From contig OX638351.1 of NCBI GenBank assembly GCA_951813565.1, forward strand, positions 3,410,492-3,474,491: 64,000 nucleotides of DNA, written 5' to 3'. The notes beneath the pieces were generated by a model, which was given only the letters and a program-made list of their open reading frames with translations, did no database searches and was not told the origin of the DNA. Both the position numbers and the translations under genes were made by a program. This DNA comes from an uncultured Poribacteria bacterium (lineage in GTDB: Bacteria; Poribacteria; WGA-4E; WGA-3G). This document shows positions 28,930-39,122 of this stretch, in pieces (position 1 is the first letter of the stretch; every line of letters begins with the position of its first letter).

Positions 28930-29847
28930 TTGGTGGAATTGATTGATTTTAGCCAACTTACACAAATTAACAGGAGTTTTATTCCAAACACGCTTCGCGA
29001 ACAAGAGTCTGACATCGTTTTTAGCGTCCCTTTTCAACACGAATCGAAAACTAACGAGATACTTATCTATATTCTCATTGAACACCAATCAACAGTTGAT
29101 GTTACAATGGGATTTCGATTGTTGTTTTACATGACGCAGATATGGGATTTTCAACGTAGGGAGTGGGAATCGAACAATGTTTCCAAAAGTGAGCGGCGTT
29201 TTCGCCCAATCCTTCCGATTGTGTATTACACTGGCGCGCAGCAGTGGAAAACACCGTTGACTCTTGAGGCGATAATGGACATTCCTGATGTGCTTGCTCG
29301 CTTTGTCCCAAAATTTGATTCTTTGTTTCTAAGCGTAAAAGAAACAGATGAAGTGGATCTAACGAAAACTGGTCATCCATTGGGATGGTTGTTAACTGTA
29401 CTTCAAAAGGAACATGCAGACAAGGAAGCGATAAGTAGTGCGTTGCTTGAAGCTATATCTCACATTAACGCTCTTGATGAAGAACAAGCACAGCAGCGAC
29501 GGAGAGCAATTATCTATTTCTTGTTGTTGATATTGCATCGTCGTCCGGCTAAAGAACACGAAGATTTGATAGCACTTATTGACCAACATACACACGAGTT
29601 GGAGGTAGAAACCATGGCAAAATCAATGGCAGACGTTCTCAGAGAACAAGGTATTGAACAAGGCCAAACACGGGCAAAACAGGAGGCAGTACTTAAGCTC
29701 CTACAAATTCAATTTGGTGATGTGCCTGAGGATGTTTCTAAAAGAATTACTTCTATCCGTAGTATCTCAAGTCTTGATTCGCTCTTTGAGAAAACGGCTA
29801 CCGTTCAAACACTTGATGAAATTGATTGGCAAAACTATAATGACTAA
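28930..29847 (+). pseudogene. Rpn/YhgA-like recombination-promoting nuclease (PD-(D/E)XK, with C-terminal DUF4351), probably 5'-truncated by the TnpB element
   Basis: ILIYILIEHQSTVDVTMGFRLLFYMTQIW core of the YhgA-like family. DUF4351-like C-terminus VLKLLQIQFGDVPEDVSKRI. Lacks about 25 N-terminal residues typical of the family. In-frame upstream sequence is IS right-end DNA, with a stop at 28909. Confidence 0.6.
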
Positions 29848-29891
29848 TACCATATTAACCTAAAACTTGTTCATACGCTACAAAAAAAGAC

Positions 29892-30356
29892 ATGCTTAAC
29901 AAAGTTCTATATACCCTTAAACTAAAAAAACGACCTGATGTAGATAGAGGCAAAGTCCTCAAAGCATTTCCGCTACGCAATCAGTTGATAACGTGGGAAT
30001 TAGACGAAAAAGGTGAAGCCTCGCTCATCATTCCGCAGAAAGATAAATTCTGGGTTAGACTTACAAGTAAACTTTTTATGCTCCCCAATAAACGGGTTGT
30101 TGTGCTGGATAGCATCGGTACATACGTATGGGAAATGTGTGATGGGAAGCATACTATTTCACAGATTATCAAGGCACTCCAGAAAAAACATCAACTGACC
30201 CGAAAAGAAGCCGAAACTTCACTTTTTACCTTTGTCCAACAGCTCGGAAAACGAAATTTTATCCAATTTGCTATTCCGAGTGAAGAAAAACCGAATGAGG
30301 CAGCAGCACAAAAACCCGCGCAACAGAAGCGTTTCGGATTTTTGGCAAAGCGATAA
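29892..30356 (+). CDS. PqqD-family protein (RiPP-recognition-element-like peptide chaperone fold)
   Basis: VVVLDSIGTYVWEMCDGKHTISQIIKALQKKHQLTRKEAETSLFTFVQQLGKRNFI matches the PqqD 'N.TG..IWelldG..tv.eIv..L...y.v..e.a..dv..Fl..L...gll' pattern. Confidence 0.6.
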   Translation: MLNKVLYTLKLKKRPDVDRGKVLKAFPLRNQLITWELDEKGEASLIIPQKDKFWVRLTSKLFMLPNKRVVVLDSIGTYVWEMCDGKHTISQIIKALQKKHQLTRKEAETSLFTFVQQLGKRNFIQFAIPSEEKPNEAAAQKPAQQKRFGFLAKR

Positions 30357-30502
30357 ACGATCTATTTATAACCTATTTATAACTTGTTTAACAAGTTCAG
30401 GATTTTTTAGTCAAGAAATCGCGACCAAGAGGTCGCTCCTACAGCGGAGACGCGATAGCCGATAACTGACTGCCGATAGCCAATAAAAAGGAGAAAAAAG
30501 AT

Positions 30503-31309
30503 ATGCAAGCAGAAATAGAGGGTGTACAACCAAATCTCGCTGAAACCCCAGAACGATTCCAGCGCCTTATTCCTAAAGAGAATACTGTTAGAGTCAGAAA
30601 CCTCATAAAACGTTATGAGATGGGAACAACGACTGTGGATGCGCTACGCGGTGTCAATTTCCAAATTCAACGCGGTGAATACATCTCTATTATGGGACCT
30701 TCTGGTTCTGGCAAATCTACGCTTTTTAATATGATTGGTGGATTAGACAAACCTACCGAAGGCAGAGTCTATATTGACGAAGTAGATATTGCACAGCTTG
30801 ACGCTTACGAGTTGGCGTGGCTGCGTTGTCGGAAAATCGGTTATATTTTCCAATCGTTCAATCTAATTCCTGTTATGACAGCACTTGAGAATGTCTCGCT
30901 CCCCATGATTTTTGCTGGTATGAGTGCCGATGAAAGCAGAGAAAAAGGCGTAGACCTGCTTTCTCTTGTTGGGTTGGGCGACCGCGTTCAACATAAACCG
31001 CTTGAACTCTCTGGTGGACAGCAGCAACGTGTCGCAATTGCCCGTTCCCTTGCTAACGACCCCGCTATTGTGTTAGCAGATGAACCGACAGGTAACTTAG
31101 ATACCAAAACAGGTCTTGAAATCATAGATTTGCTCCGCCGCCTCAATGATGAAAACGGCGTAACCATTATTACTGCAACACACGACCATAAGATGCTTGA
31201 TGTCTCTGACAGGATTTTCCATATGGTAGACGGCAAAGTTGACAAAATTGAGGCGCGCGATGAAATTGACCTTCACGTCGGAAAATTGGACGGTCAGGAA
31301 GTCGGATAA
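30503..31309 (+). CDS. ABC transporter ATP-binding protein, MacB/LolD/FtsE-type nucleotide-binding domain
   Basis: Walker A GPSGSGKST, signature LSGGQQQRVAIARSL, Walker B IVLADEPTGNLD, and H-loop ATHD. No permease gene adjacent. Confidence 0.9.
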   Translation: MQAEIEGVQPNLAETPERFQRLIPKENTVRVRNLIKRYEMGTTTVDALRGVNFQIQRGEYISIMGPSGSGKSTLFNMIGGLDKPTEGRVYIDEVDIAQLDAYELAWLRCRKIGYIFQSFNLIPVMTALENVSLPMIFAGMSADESREKGVDLLSLVGLGDRVQHKPLELSGGQQQRVAIARSLANDPAIVLADEPTGNLDTKTGLEIIDLLRRLNDENGVTIITATHDHKMLDVSDRIFHMVDGKVDKIEARDEIDLHVGKLDGQEVG

Positions 31310-31317
31310 ACTCCTCA

Positions 31318-32436
31318 ATGTCAATCTACAAACGTTTAGGTATCCGGACGGTTATTAACGGCAATGCAACTCTGACACGTCTTGGTGGTTCCATTATGCC
31401 GCCTGAAGTTATTGCAGCGATGGCTGATGCATCAAAACATTTTGTAGACATCATTGAACTTCAAAAACGTGTCGGCGAAGAAATAGCGAAACTTACCCAT
31501 AACGAAGCAGCCTATGTCTCCAATGGTGCTGCAGCTGCCCTGACGCTTAGCACTGCCGCCTGTATCACTGGACTTGATGCTGCTAAACGTGCCAAATTAC
31601 CCCATCTTGACAACTCAATGAAAAGTGAAGTCATCGTGCATCGTCATGGACGTGTCGGTTACGATTTTGCCGTGCGGCAGGTCGGTGTCACATTAGTGGA
31701 AATAGGAGACGAAAACGGCACAACACCTGACGAACTTGAAAACGCCATCACCGACAAGACCGCTGCAATCTTCTACTTTGCAAACCCCGGTAGAGAACAT
31801 CTTTGGGTGTCATACCAAAAAGGCATTGAAATTGCCAAAAAGCACGGTATCCCTTTGATTGTTGACGCTGCTGCACAGTTGCCTCCGCCAGAAAACTTGT
31901 GGCGTTTTACAGAGATGGGAGCAGATTTAGCGATGTTTAGCGGTGGAAAAGGGTTATGTGGTCCGCAAAGTAGTGGACTAATCGTTGGCAAAAAATCGCT
32001 GATTGAGGCTATCGCATTCAATGGTCCGCCCCATCCTTTCATCGGCAGAGGTATGAAGGTCGGCAAAGAAGAGATGGTCGGATTATTGGCAGCAGTTGAG
32101 TGGTACCTGAATCAAAACCACGACCAATTAATGCAGTCCTATGAAGAACAAGTCGCTTACTATACTGAGGTGTTTAAGGATATCCAAGGCGTTAGTGTGT
32201 ATCGCAGTTTCCCTTCTGAAGCAGGGCAACCGATGCCCCGCACCGAAATCCGATTTGACGCAGAACAACTCGGTATCACGCGCAATGAAATTCTTCATCA
32301 ACTACAGATAGGTGAACCTGCGATAGATATTGCTGGTGCAGGTGCGAACGGCGTACTTATCAATGGGCAAACCTTGATGCCGGGAGAAGTAGAAATTATT
32401 GCTAAAAGATTAAAGGAAATTCTACTTGAGTTGTAG
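31318..32436 (+). CDS. SelA-like PLP-dependent enzyme (COG1921-type L-seryl-tRNA selenium transferase-related protein)
   Basis: MFSGGKGLCGPQSSGLIVGKKSLIEAI matches the SelA Lys-PLP region [22 protein letters not shown]. At 372 aa it is shorter than a bona fide SelA. Confidence 0.65.
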   Translation: MSIYKRLGIRTVINGNATLTRLGGSIMPPEVIAAMADASKHFVDIIELQKRVGEEIAKLTHNEAAYVSNGAAAALTLSTAACITGLDAAKRAKLPHLDNSMKSEVIVHRHGRVGYDFAVRQVGVTLVEIGDENGTTPDELENAITDKTAAIFYFANPGREHLWVSYQKGIEIAKKHGIPLIVDAAAQLPPPENLWRFTEMGADLAMFSGGKGLCGPQSSGLIVGKKSLIEAIAFNGPPHPFIGRGMKVGKEEMVGLLAAVEWYLNQNHDQLMQSYEEQVAYYTEVFKDIQGVSVYRSFPSEAGQPMPRTEIRFDAEQLGITRNEILHQLQIGEPAIDIAGAGANGVLINGQTLMPGEVEIIAKRLKEILLEL

Positions 32437-32461
32437 CGCGAGGTCTCTATGACTCTCCATA

Positions 32462-32812
32462 TGTAACCTAAGTTGCTACGGACAAGATTTTAGACATGCA
32501 GACGCCATTTTTAATCAAGAACAGTTCATTATTCGTGAAATATCGTAGCGCAAACTTTTAGTTTGCGTCTAATAGTGCACAAACTAAATGAAGATTAAGA
32601 AAATATTTCGGTATTTTCCTTAGTCCCGTAGGGACGATATGTTTATAGAAAACGTTGCGGACACGCTCTTTAGTCCCGACAAATGCGCGTGTGGCATTTG
32701 TCGGGACTTGAAGAGCGTTTGACATATTCAGAATATACCTAACAAGAAATTACCGAATTAAAAAATTAATGTTCATAAAGTTTGTGCTACATAGGTGGCA
32801 ACTTAGGTTACA
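32462..32812. repeat. MITE-like element (family D; TIR related to family C)
   Basis: Terminal inverted repeats TGTAACCTAAGTTGC ... GCAACTTAGGTTACA. Internal hairpins TAGTCCCGTAGGGAC and TAGTCCCGACAAATGCGCGTGTGGCATTTGTCGGGACT. Confidence 0.7.
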
Positions 32813-32844
32813 ATAGTACATTATAAATAATTTAGGAAACATAC

Positions 32845-33555
32845 ATGAAACTTAACAACGGTATACGTCTAACGTGGCTCGGACATGCCACATTTAAAAT
32901 TGAAGTAGATGAAAAAACCTTCTTAATTGATCCATGGGTTGATAGTAACCCTGTTTGTCCCGATGAACTCAAAACTTTTGATAGTCTTGACGTTATGATG
33001 ATAACGCATGGGCATTGGGATCACATGGAAGATGCAGTTCCAATTGCTAAAAAACATGCTCCCACAGTGATCGCTATGATTGAAATAGCAAAATGGTTGG
33101 ATAACCAGGGAGTTGATAATACAATAGGCATGAATAAAGGTGGTACGGTTCCAGTCGGCGGCGTGAAAGCAACGATGGTTACAGCGAATCATAGCAGTAG
33201 TTTCGTAAAGGAAGATGGAACGATAGTCTACTTAGGTGAACCTGCGGGTTTCGTGCTTGAATTTGCCAATGGCTATAAAATATATCACGCTGGTGATACA
33301 AATGTGTTTGGAGATATGCAAATAATCGGTGAGATATATCAACCTGACTTGGCACTGCTTCCTATCGGTGACCATTTCACGATGGGACCGCGCGAAGCTG
33401 CTTATGCGGTGCAGTTGCTCAATGTGCCAGCAATTTTACCCATGCATTACGGCACCTTTCCACTTTTGACAGGGACATTGGAAGAATTTCGTCAATTGAC
33501 GGCCTCTCAGGATGTAGAAATTGTTGAATTAGAAATAGGAGAAATGTTAGATTAA
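32845..33555 (+). CDS. MBL-fold metal-dependent hydrolase (UPF0173 family)
   Basis: WLGHATFKIE...LIDPW...MMITHGHWDHMED, the HxHxDH metallo-beta-lactamase motif. Confidence 0.8.
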   Translation: MKLNNGIRLTWLGHATFKIEVDEKTFLIDPWVDSNPVCPDELKTFDSLDVMMITHGHWDHMEDAVPIAKKHAPTVIAMIEIAKWLDNQGVDNTIGMNKGGTVPVGGVKATMVTANHSSSFVKEDGTIVYLGEPAGFVLEFANGYKIYHAGDTNVFGDMQIIGEIYQPDLALLPIGDHFTMGPREAAYAVQLLNVPAILPMHYGTFPLLTGTLEEFRQLTASQDVEIVELEIGEMLD

Positions 33556-33861
33556 CGTGAGTTGATGTAAAAAATAGGTTCACATGCAGGTTGGATTGAA
33601 CGAAAGTGAACTCCAACACCACACCCAAAATACATACTTTGCTCCGTAGGAGCAATATGTTTATAGCATCTAACGGTTTACGCTCCCGCTCCGTAGGTGC
33701 GGTATAGGGTTTTACCACATATAGCACTCCTTGGAGTGCAAGAACTTGAGAATCCCACCTTCTATAAACATAGCACTCCTCTGGAGTGCGGAAACTATCC
33801 ATCATAATTTATGATAGGTGTGATATGTGTGGGTTCATCTAACCTTTAAGTCGGACTCATG

Positions 33862-34776
33862 TTAGATTAAGGTATTTCGGTAGGGACCATGCAGGCCAAA
33901 GGCGTAAGCGGTTTTTAACAACTCTTGTGGGTTACCAGTATCGTAACGTGTACCTGCGACGTGGTAACCGTACATACCTTCTTGTCGGACCATTTCCGCC
34001 ATTGCGTCGCGCAGTTGAATCTCACCGTGCGTTAAAATCTTGTTGCGGTAGTTGTCCTCCAATATGTCAAACAGAAGTGGTGTAAGCAGATCAATCCCAA
34101 AGTGGCATAGATATCTATACGTTTCTTGTGCATCCCATATTCCTTCAACGCGCATGTGTTCTCGTGCATAGTCTACTGCAGGTTTTTCAGCAATTCGTGC
34201 TAATTTGAAAAGGTCTGGATTTTCAGGAGTGGGACTCCCTTGCACAATGCCGTTCACAGAGAGTTCGTTTTCATCACATACATCAAGGCTTGTCACAGAT
34301 TTTCCAACTTGTGCATAGACATCTATCAACTGTTTTGCACAAGAAACATCTGTCTCTGAAATATACAAGTGGTCGCCAAGCAGAATCATAACAGGTTCAC
34401 CTGCCGCGAAATCTTTTGCACAATAGATGGCGTGTCCGAATCCTTGTGGTTCAGCTTGAATTGCAAATTGCAAACGTTCCCCGATTTCAGTCAATCTGTC
34501 CGCTTGCACTGCCAGTTCCGGCTTCTCGCGAATTGCGTCTGGAACGTCGCCAGAAAAATAGTCGGTAATCGGTTCAACTTGGTGCGGCTGTGCAACGAGA
34601 CACACCTCTTCCACGCCAGCCGTTAGTGCTTCCTCAATAATCAATTGAATGACCGGTTTTGCGAGACCATCCTGATCAATAATTGGGAAAAGCGCTTTTG
34701 GTAAGGCTTTTGTTGCGGGGAAGAGGCGTGTTCCATATCCAGCGATTGGAATAATAGCCTTTTGAATTGGTTGCAT
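33862..34776 (-). CDS. sugar-nucleotidyltransferase, UTP--glucose-1-phosphate uridylyltransferase (GalU)-like
   Basis: N-terminal AIIPIAGYGTRLFPATKALPKALFP matches the GalU/NTP-transferase G-x-G-T-R motif and the following K region. Confidence 0.75.
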   Translation of the reverse strand: MQPIQKAIIPIAGYGTRLFPATKALPKALFPIIDQDGLAKPVIQLIIEEALTAGVEEVCLVAQPHQVEPITDYFSGDVPDAIREKPELAVQADRLTEIGERLQFAIQAEPQGFGHAIYCAKDFAAGEPVMILLGDHLYISETDVSCAKQLIDVYAQVGKSVTSLDVCDENELSVNGIVQGSPTPENPDLFKLARIAEKPAVDYAREHMRVEGIWDAQETYRYLCHFGIDLLTPLLFDILEDNYRNKILTHGEIQLRDAMAEMVRQEGMYGYHVAGTRYDTGNPQELLKTAYAFGLHGPYRNTLI

Positions 34777-34784
34777 TAGACCTT

Positions 34785-35552
34785 TTAGTTTCTATTACGC
34801 TTGAGTGCTCCCCAAGTTGTAGAGAGTTTATCTGCAGGTTCAACAGGTAAATTATCGGATTTCGCCTCAAAGTTCTGCATAACCTCGTCTTCAGTCAAAA
34901 CCCGGTCATAGATGCGGACGTTATCAACCATCCCGTTCAGGAATCTACCGTCGTGTTCACTGCCAATACGGCGTTCATCCATGTTTTCAGGTTGGGCACC
35001 GGCTGCGCCTTCTGCCTGCAATTCTCCGTCTACGTAGAGCTTAAGTTCGTTTTTTTCAGGATTAGTCGTGTAAATGATGTGATACCATGTCTCTGCCTGA
35101 GCGTTGAAGCGAATCTTAGAACCACCGTTTTTATCAACCTGAATTTGGTTCTCCTGAAACTTGAAATGGACCTTGCCTGCTACCCACTGCCAGGTAGAAA
35201 CAATGCCCTGAATGCCGCCAAACTGAGTTTGAAGAGCGTAGCATTCAACTGATGCGAAATCAAACATACCCAGGGCAGGAATTTCAACGTAATTGTTCGC
35301 TGCGGCTTTAAATTCGTATGCATCCCCTACGGGACCTTCAACAAAGTCAAGTTTACCAATAAGCTTCGCATGGTTATCGTTGCCGGAGGTATCCATGACA
35401 ACTTCACCTTTGACATCAGACTTATTGAGCGTATACATCGCGACAAGTCCATCTGTTACGAATTCTTTTGCTGCATCAGCTGTGTTTACATACCACATAG
35501 CAGTAAGTAATAGGCTGAGGATACAAATCACTTTTATAGCTTTCAAAACCAT
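34785..35552 (-). CDS. secreted concanavalin-A-like lectin / LamG-domain protein
   Basis: Signal peptide MVLKAIKVICILSLLLTAMWYVNTADA. LamG-like jelly-roll pattern (...WYHIIYTTNPEKNELKLYVDGEL...GRFLNGMVDNVRIYDRVLTEDEV). Confidence 0.65.
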   Translation of the reverse strand: MVLKAIKVICILSLLLTAMWYVNTADAAKEFVTDGLVAMYTLNKSDVKGEVVMDTSGNDNHAKLIGKLDFVEGPVGDAYEFKAAANNYVEIPALGMFDFASVECYALQTQFGGIQGIVSTWQWVAGKVHFKFQENQIQVDKNGGSKIRFNAQAETWYHIIYTTNPEKNELKLYVDGELQAEGAAGAQPENMDERRIGSEHDGRFLNGMVDNVRIYDRVLTEDEVMQNFEAKSDNLPVEPADKLSTTWGALKRNRN

Positions 35553-35687
35553 TTGAATTCTCCTTAGTTTCGCGGCACCCGAAGTAGCATATCTGTTTGT
35601 CTGTCGGATGCCATTCTATTATAATTAGATGTAGTTTAGCATATACGATTAAATTCGTCAAGTGATTTACGTTTGCTGGGTATGTAA

Positions 35688-36146
35688 ATATTTGGTTACA
35701 TAGGTTCAATTTGCAATGATTACGCGGCGTTTTCCACTGTAGAGCGGGGTCCCTGTGCCCCATAGCCGTCAATTTAAGGATATACCCTCTTGTGGGAGCG
35801 AATCAACGCAGCATGCGCGTTTGGCATGCTGCCAAATCAACGCCAAATGCGCTTTTTGGCATTTGTCCAAATCAACGCAGCATGCGCGTTTGGCATGCTG
35901 CGGGTTTTCAATCCCGATAAATACATATAAATCGGGCTTATAAAGCCCTCCCACAAGAGGCAATCTGGTAATTGTGTGCTTAAATTGACGCCTATGGGCG
36001 GGGTCCCTGTGCCCCGCCACTGCGCAGGACGTGCCATGCAACGGGCAGGCACCAAATCAACGGTCCGAATGCCTTTTGGCATTCCCCGGAGACCCGCCCC
36101 TACAATAGGAGTTGTGCGGATTTCTACAAAAACTTTACACACCCCC
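35688..36146. repeat. composite MITE: family A element carrying a nested family-C-like insert
   Basis: Outer ends GGGTATGTAAATATTTGG...AAACTTTACACACCC. Internal CTTGTGGGAGCGAATCAACGCAGCATGCGCGTTTGGCATGCTG direct repeats and a CCCTCCCACAAGAGG inverted partner. Confidence 0.75.
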
Positions 36147-36272
36147 GAACACATCCGAAGCCATTCAATTCTTCAGCAGTTCCTATGATTATGTCAACGT
36201 AGAGGGTTTGATAAAGAAAAGGCAGATACCCAAAGCGGATACCTGCCTGTAAAGGTTTTGTTCGCGATGCTG

Positions 36273-37698
36273 CTACTGTGCCCAACACCCCAAACCATTC
36301 CTCTGACGCCACGGTTTCTGGCAGGAGGGGCGGGTTCCACACGCATACCACGTTTGACCGCATTCAGTAAATCGACACGTCTTCAAACGATGATTGTCAG
36401 CAGCGCCTGATATACACGTCCAGTAATGCCCATTACACGGACCGCAATCTATACGATGCGCTAACCTGTCACTTACCGTCTGTCCGCAAGCGCTTCGCGC
36501 ACAGGTCGCAGATGGAGTAGGCGGCGGCGCAGGATACACATGCGTATGATATTAACACGCATAGAAACTTGTTACCGTGCAATAATCACCATTCGCATTC
36601 GTATCACTACAACTCGCTTGCAATGAATGGTCTGAACCATCACACACATAGTGACCAGAGTAGCCACAACCCGCAGCAGAATGATCCCCCGATTGCCACG
36701 TCTCATGAGAACCGCACATGTGGTAGGACGGCGCAGGCGTTGGTTCGGACGTTGGTTCTTGGAATTCATTTTGTGTCGTCTCTTCCGTGCTGTCATCATC
36801 GTCATCAGAATGCTTCGTTTCCCAGTTTATCCAGTCAGACCAATTATGATCTTTCTTGGGTCCAACACACCGCCTAAAACCATCTCCGCAAGTGTTGGTC
36901 ACACCCGATCCGTTTGTAAAGTCTCTGGTGCAGCTGCGCACTCTATGCCTATCATTTGCCGCTGTATCACAGGTGTAGTAGGCAATCCCATCCCCCGAAA
37001 TAAGCGTTCTTATAGCCGTAAGCGTCGACTTCTTCGCCACAGACCTCGCGATGCGTATAGAAAGCCTCACGCGGTGTACCATAAGACACGTTACACAAAG
37101 TCTTACCCGCAGTGTGGTTACCCCGACATGAAAATGACGGCAAATTATCACGACACGTCTTCTCCTCCCAATCTGGCACAAAATGATTGATGTTAGATGG
37201 GGACGCAGCATCGTGGTGACTCGCTTGATGCTTATTAACAGTCTTTTCAGCATACGCATGTGCACTATTATATACAGGGACCATAAGATTAAACAGATCT
37301 ATCTCAGACTTAACATTTTCAAGTTCATCACTATACAAATCCATCAGGCTCTTGTTCGCATAGTAGGATCTCATTTCTGATTCAAGTCTACCGTCTAATC
37401 CACCCGTTAAAGCCCAAAAACCTGTACCCATCGCTTCTATAAGAAAGTTGGAAGCCGTTTTTCGACGGTTCTCATCTAACATCGTTGCCCATTTGGTACT
37501 ACTCTCGTCTACAAGGACCCACGCCTTATCTACCTCTTTTTCTTGATCATCCACTTGCTTTTCAGTCCTGCTCAAGTCCAGCACAGCGTTGATTGGAACT
37601 ATATCATCATTAGGGGTTGCCCAAGATGAAACGTTACAGAAGGTGAAAACCCATAGGCAGATAAAGAAAAGTCCAATCGTTAAAACAGTTTTTCTCAT
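36273..37698 (-). pseudogene. Cys/His-rich secreted protein gene, disrupted (one apparent frameshift near 36967-37000 and an in-frame TAA at 36552)
   Basis: ORF 36967..37698 has signal peptide MRKTVLTIGLFFICLWVFTFC. A second frame (36552..37265) carries the protein-like continuation ...GDGIAYYTCD...CGYSGHYVCDGSDHS.... ORF 36273..36539 continues in the same frame after a single TAA (CGPCNGHYWTC...CGQTWYAC). Either a pseudogene or assembly errors. Confidence 0.4.
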
Positions 37699-37707
37699 GA
37701 TATTCTC

Positions 37708-38445
37708 CTATTTGGTGAAAGTTGAGGATTCTCTTTCGGGAAATATGATGAGCCCTTCCGTGACTCGTGACCATGTTAACTTCCCTAAATCATTTTGGCG
37801 GGCACTTTCCCACTCATTACGTTTGTATGCCTCCATATCGATAAAATCTAAACCTGCAGATAAAATTACCTTAAGTTGCTTCGACAACTCCTTGCGTCTT
37901 TCTCTGTCTGCCTTAATCCACGCCTCCAGATTCCTGAGTGCTTTTTGGCAGATAGGGTTGGTCGTGTCGTCAATGCTGTCATAGTATGTTATCAGATATA
38001 TGAAGCGTGCAATTGCTGCTGCCTCTGTGTCGTCCGTTGGGAATGGCGGTATCCATTTCGCGCTCCAGTGTCCACGTTCTTTGGCTTGCAAACGGAGTGC
38101 TTCCACAGGATGTTTCTCTAAAAGTTCCTTGTGGTAGGTTAACGGACCAGTATATGTTTGCGGCACTAGCGCAGGTTGCGTTATAGGCGCCTCTTGCCAC
38201 TCATCAGGTGCGTCAATCGGCACTTCATGGAAATGGTCATCATGCGGCACCCACTTTTTGCCCGGTTCGGCAGGTGGGAGTTCATTCGCTGCGACCGGTT
38301 TATCCTTTTCTTCAAGCATTTTCTGGTCTTGTGCAAGTTCTTCTTTGAGCTGCTGCACTGTTGACAGCTGCCAATACATAAAGCCACCAGCAGCAATCAG
38401 GACAACAATGAGGGCTGCGATGCCCCAATACATTTTGCGATTCAT
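37708..38445 (-). CDS. membrane-anchored hypothetical protein (245 aa)
   Basis: N-terminal TM (YWGIAALIVVLIAAGGFMYW) followed by a coiled-coil and a soluble domain. No known motif. Confidence 0.5.
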   Translation of the reverse strand: MNRKMYWGIAALIVVLIAAGGFMYWQLSTVQQLKEELAQDQKMLEEKDKPVAANELPPAEPGKKWVPHDDHFHEVPIDAPDEWQEAPITQPALVPQTYTGPLTYHKELLEKHPVEALRLQAKERGHWSAKWIPPFPTDDTEAAAIARFIYLITYYDSIDDTTNPICQKALRNLEAWIKADRERRKELSKQLKVILSAGLDFIDMEAYKRNEWESARQNDLGKLTWSRVTEGLIIFPERESSTFTK

Positions 38446-38703
38446 CTAATGGTCCTCCTGTATAGGCTTGTTGTTATTCCTGCTATGCGTTGTGTCCAGT
38501 GTACAGGGCTGTCTTGGACTTGGACAAATCAAGCCCGGTTTCTGTACCTCTTTTCTCGATGTACATTCGCGTTTGAATTGTTGTTCGCAAGCGGGCGTAT
38601 CTACTTGTGTGGCATCTATTGTGCCAAACAGTAAGAAACCGCTTCCGATGATGAATGCGAAAGTAAGAATGGAGAGAAGAAGTACTTTGTAGTCTCGTCT
38701 CAT
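38446..38703 (-). CDS. small membrane protein (85 aa)
   Basis: TM helix VLLLSILTFAFIIGSGFLLF. Adjacent to and co-oriented with 37708..38445. Confidence 0.35.
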   Translation of the reverse strand: MRRDYKVLLLSILTFAFIIGSGFLLFGTIDATQVDTPACEQQFKRECTSRKEVQKPGLICPSPRQPCTLDTTHSRNNNKPIQEDH

Positions 38704-39122
38704 CTTGTGCCTCCTCTTTATATAGAGTAGGTTAATTGTTTTGACAGACTACAGAAATAGGTGGGGAATGCCTAAAGGCGAATGCGCCAAATCAACGGTC
38801 CGAATGCCCTTTGGCATTCCCCGTCCAGCATTCGCCATGATTCATACCGTTGGTTAGGTATTTGTACAGTTTTAACTATCCCTGTAGAGGTCGCTGGTCT
38901 CTAAAGTGCATTGACACTTCAGAAGGTCTATGCTAAAATAGACACCAGCGCTGTCAGACTATTCCTGGCAGTGCTTCGCATCGGCAGTGATCGGTTCACT
39001 GTCGGTGCATCTAAAAAGCACCTCCGACGTAATCCACGCAAGGCGGATTTTTTTAACGTCTATTATAGTAGATATTGAAAATAAGTTTACATTTTCTGGG
39101 ATTTATGCTAGCCTTTATAATT

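Noticed and set aside
31318-32436. Possibility that the SelA-like gene marks a selenocysteine system
   Set aside because: The protein is about 90 aa shorter than true SelA. No selB/selD/tRNA-Sec or UGA-containing selenoprotein gene is visible in the window. It fits the COG1921 'SelA-related' group of unknown function better.
36539-36554. In-frame TAA between the two Cys-rich ORFs as programmed readthrough or selenocysteine
   Set aside because: The stop is TAA, not UGA. Together with the nearby frameshift it is more parsimonious as gene decay or a sequence error.
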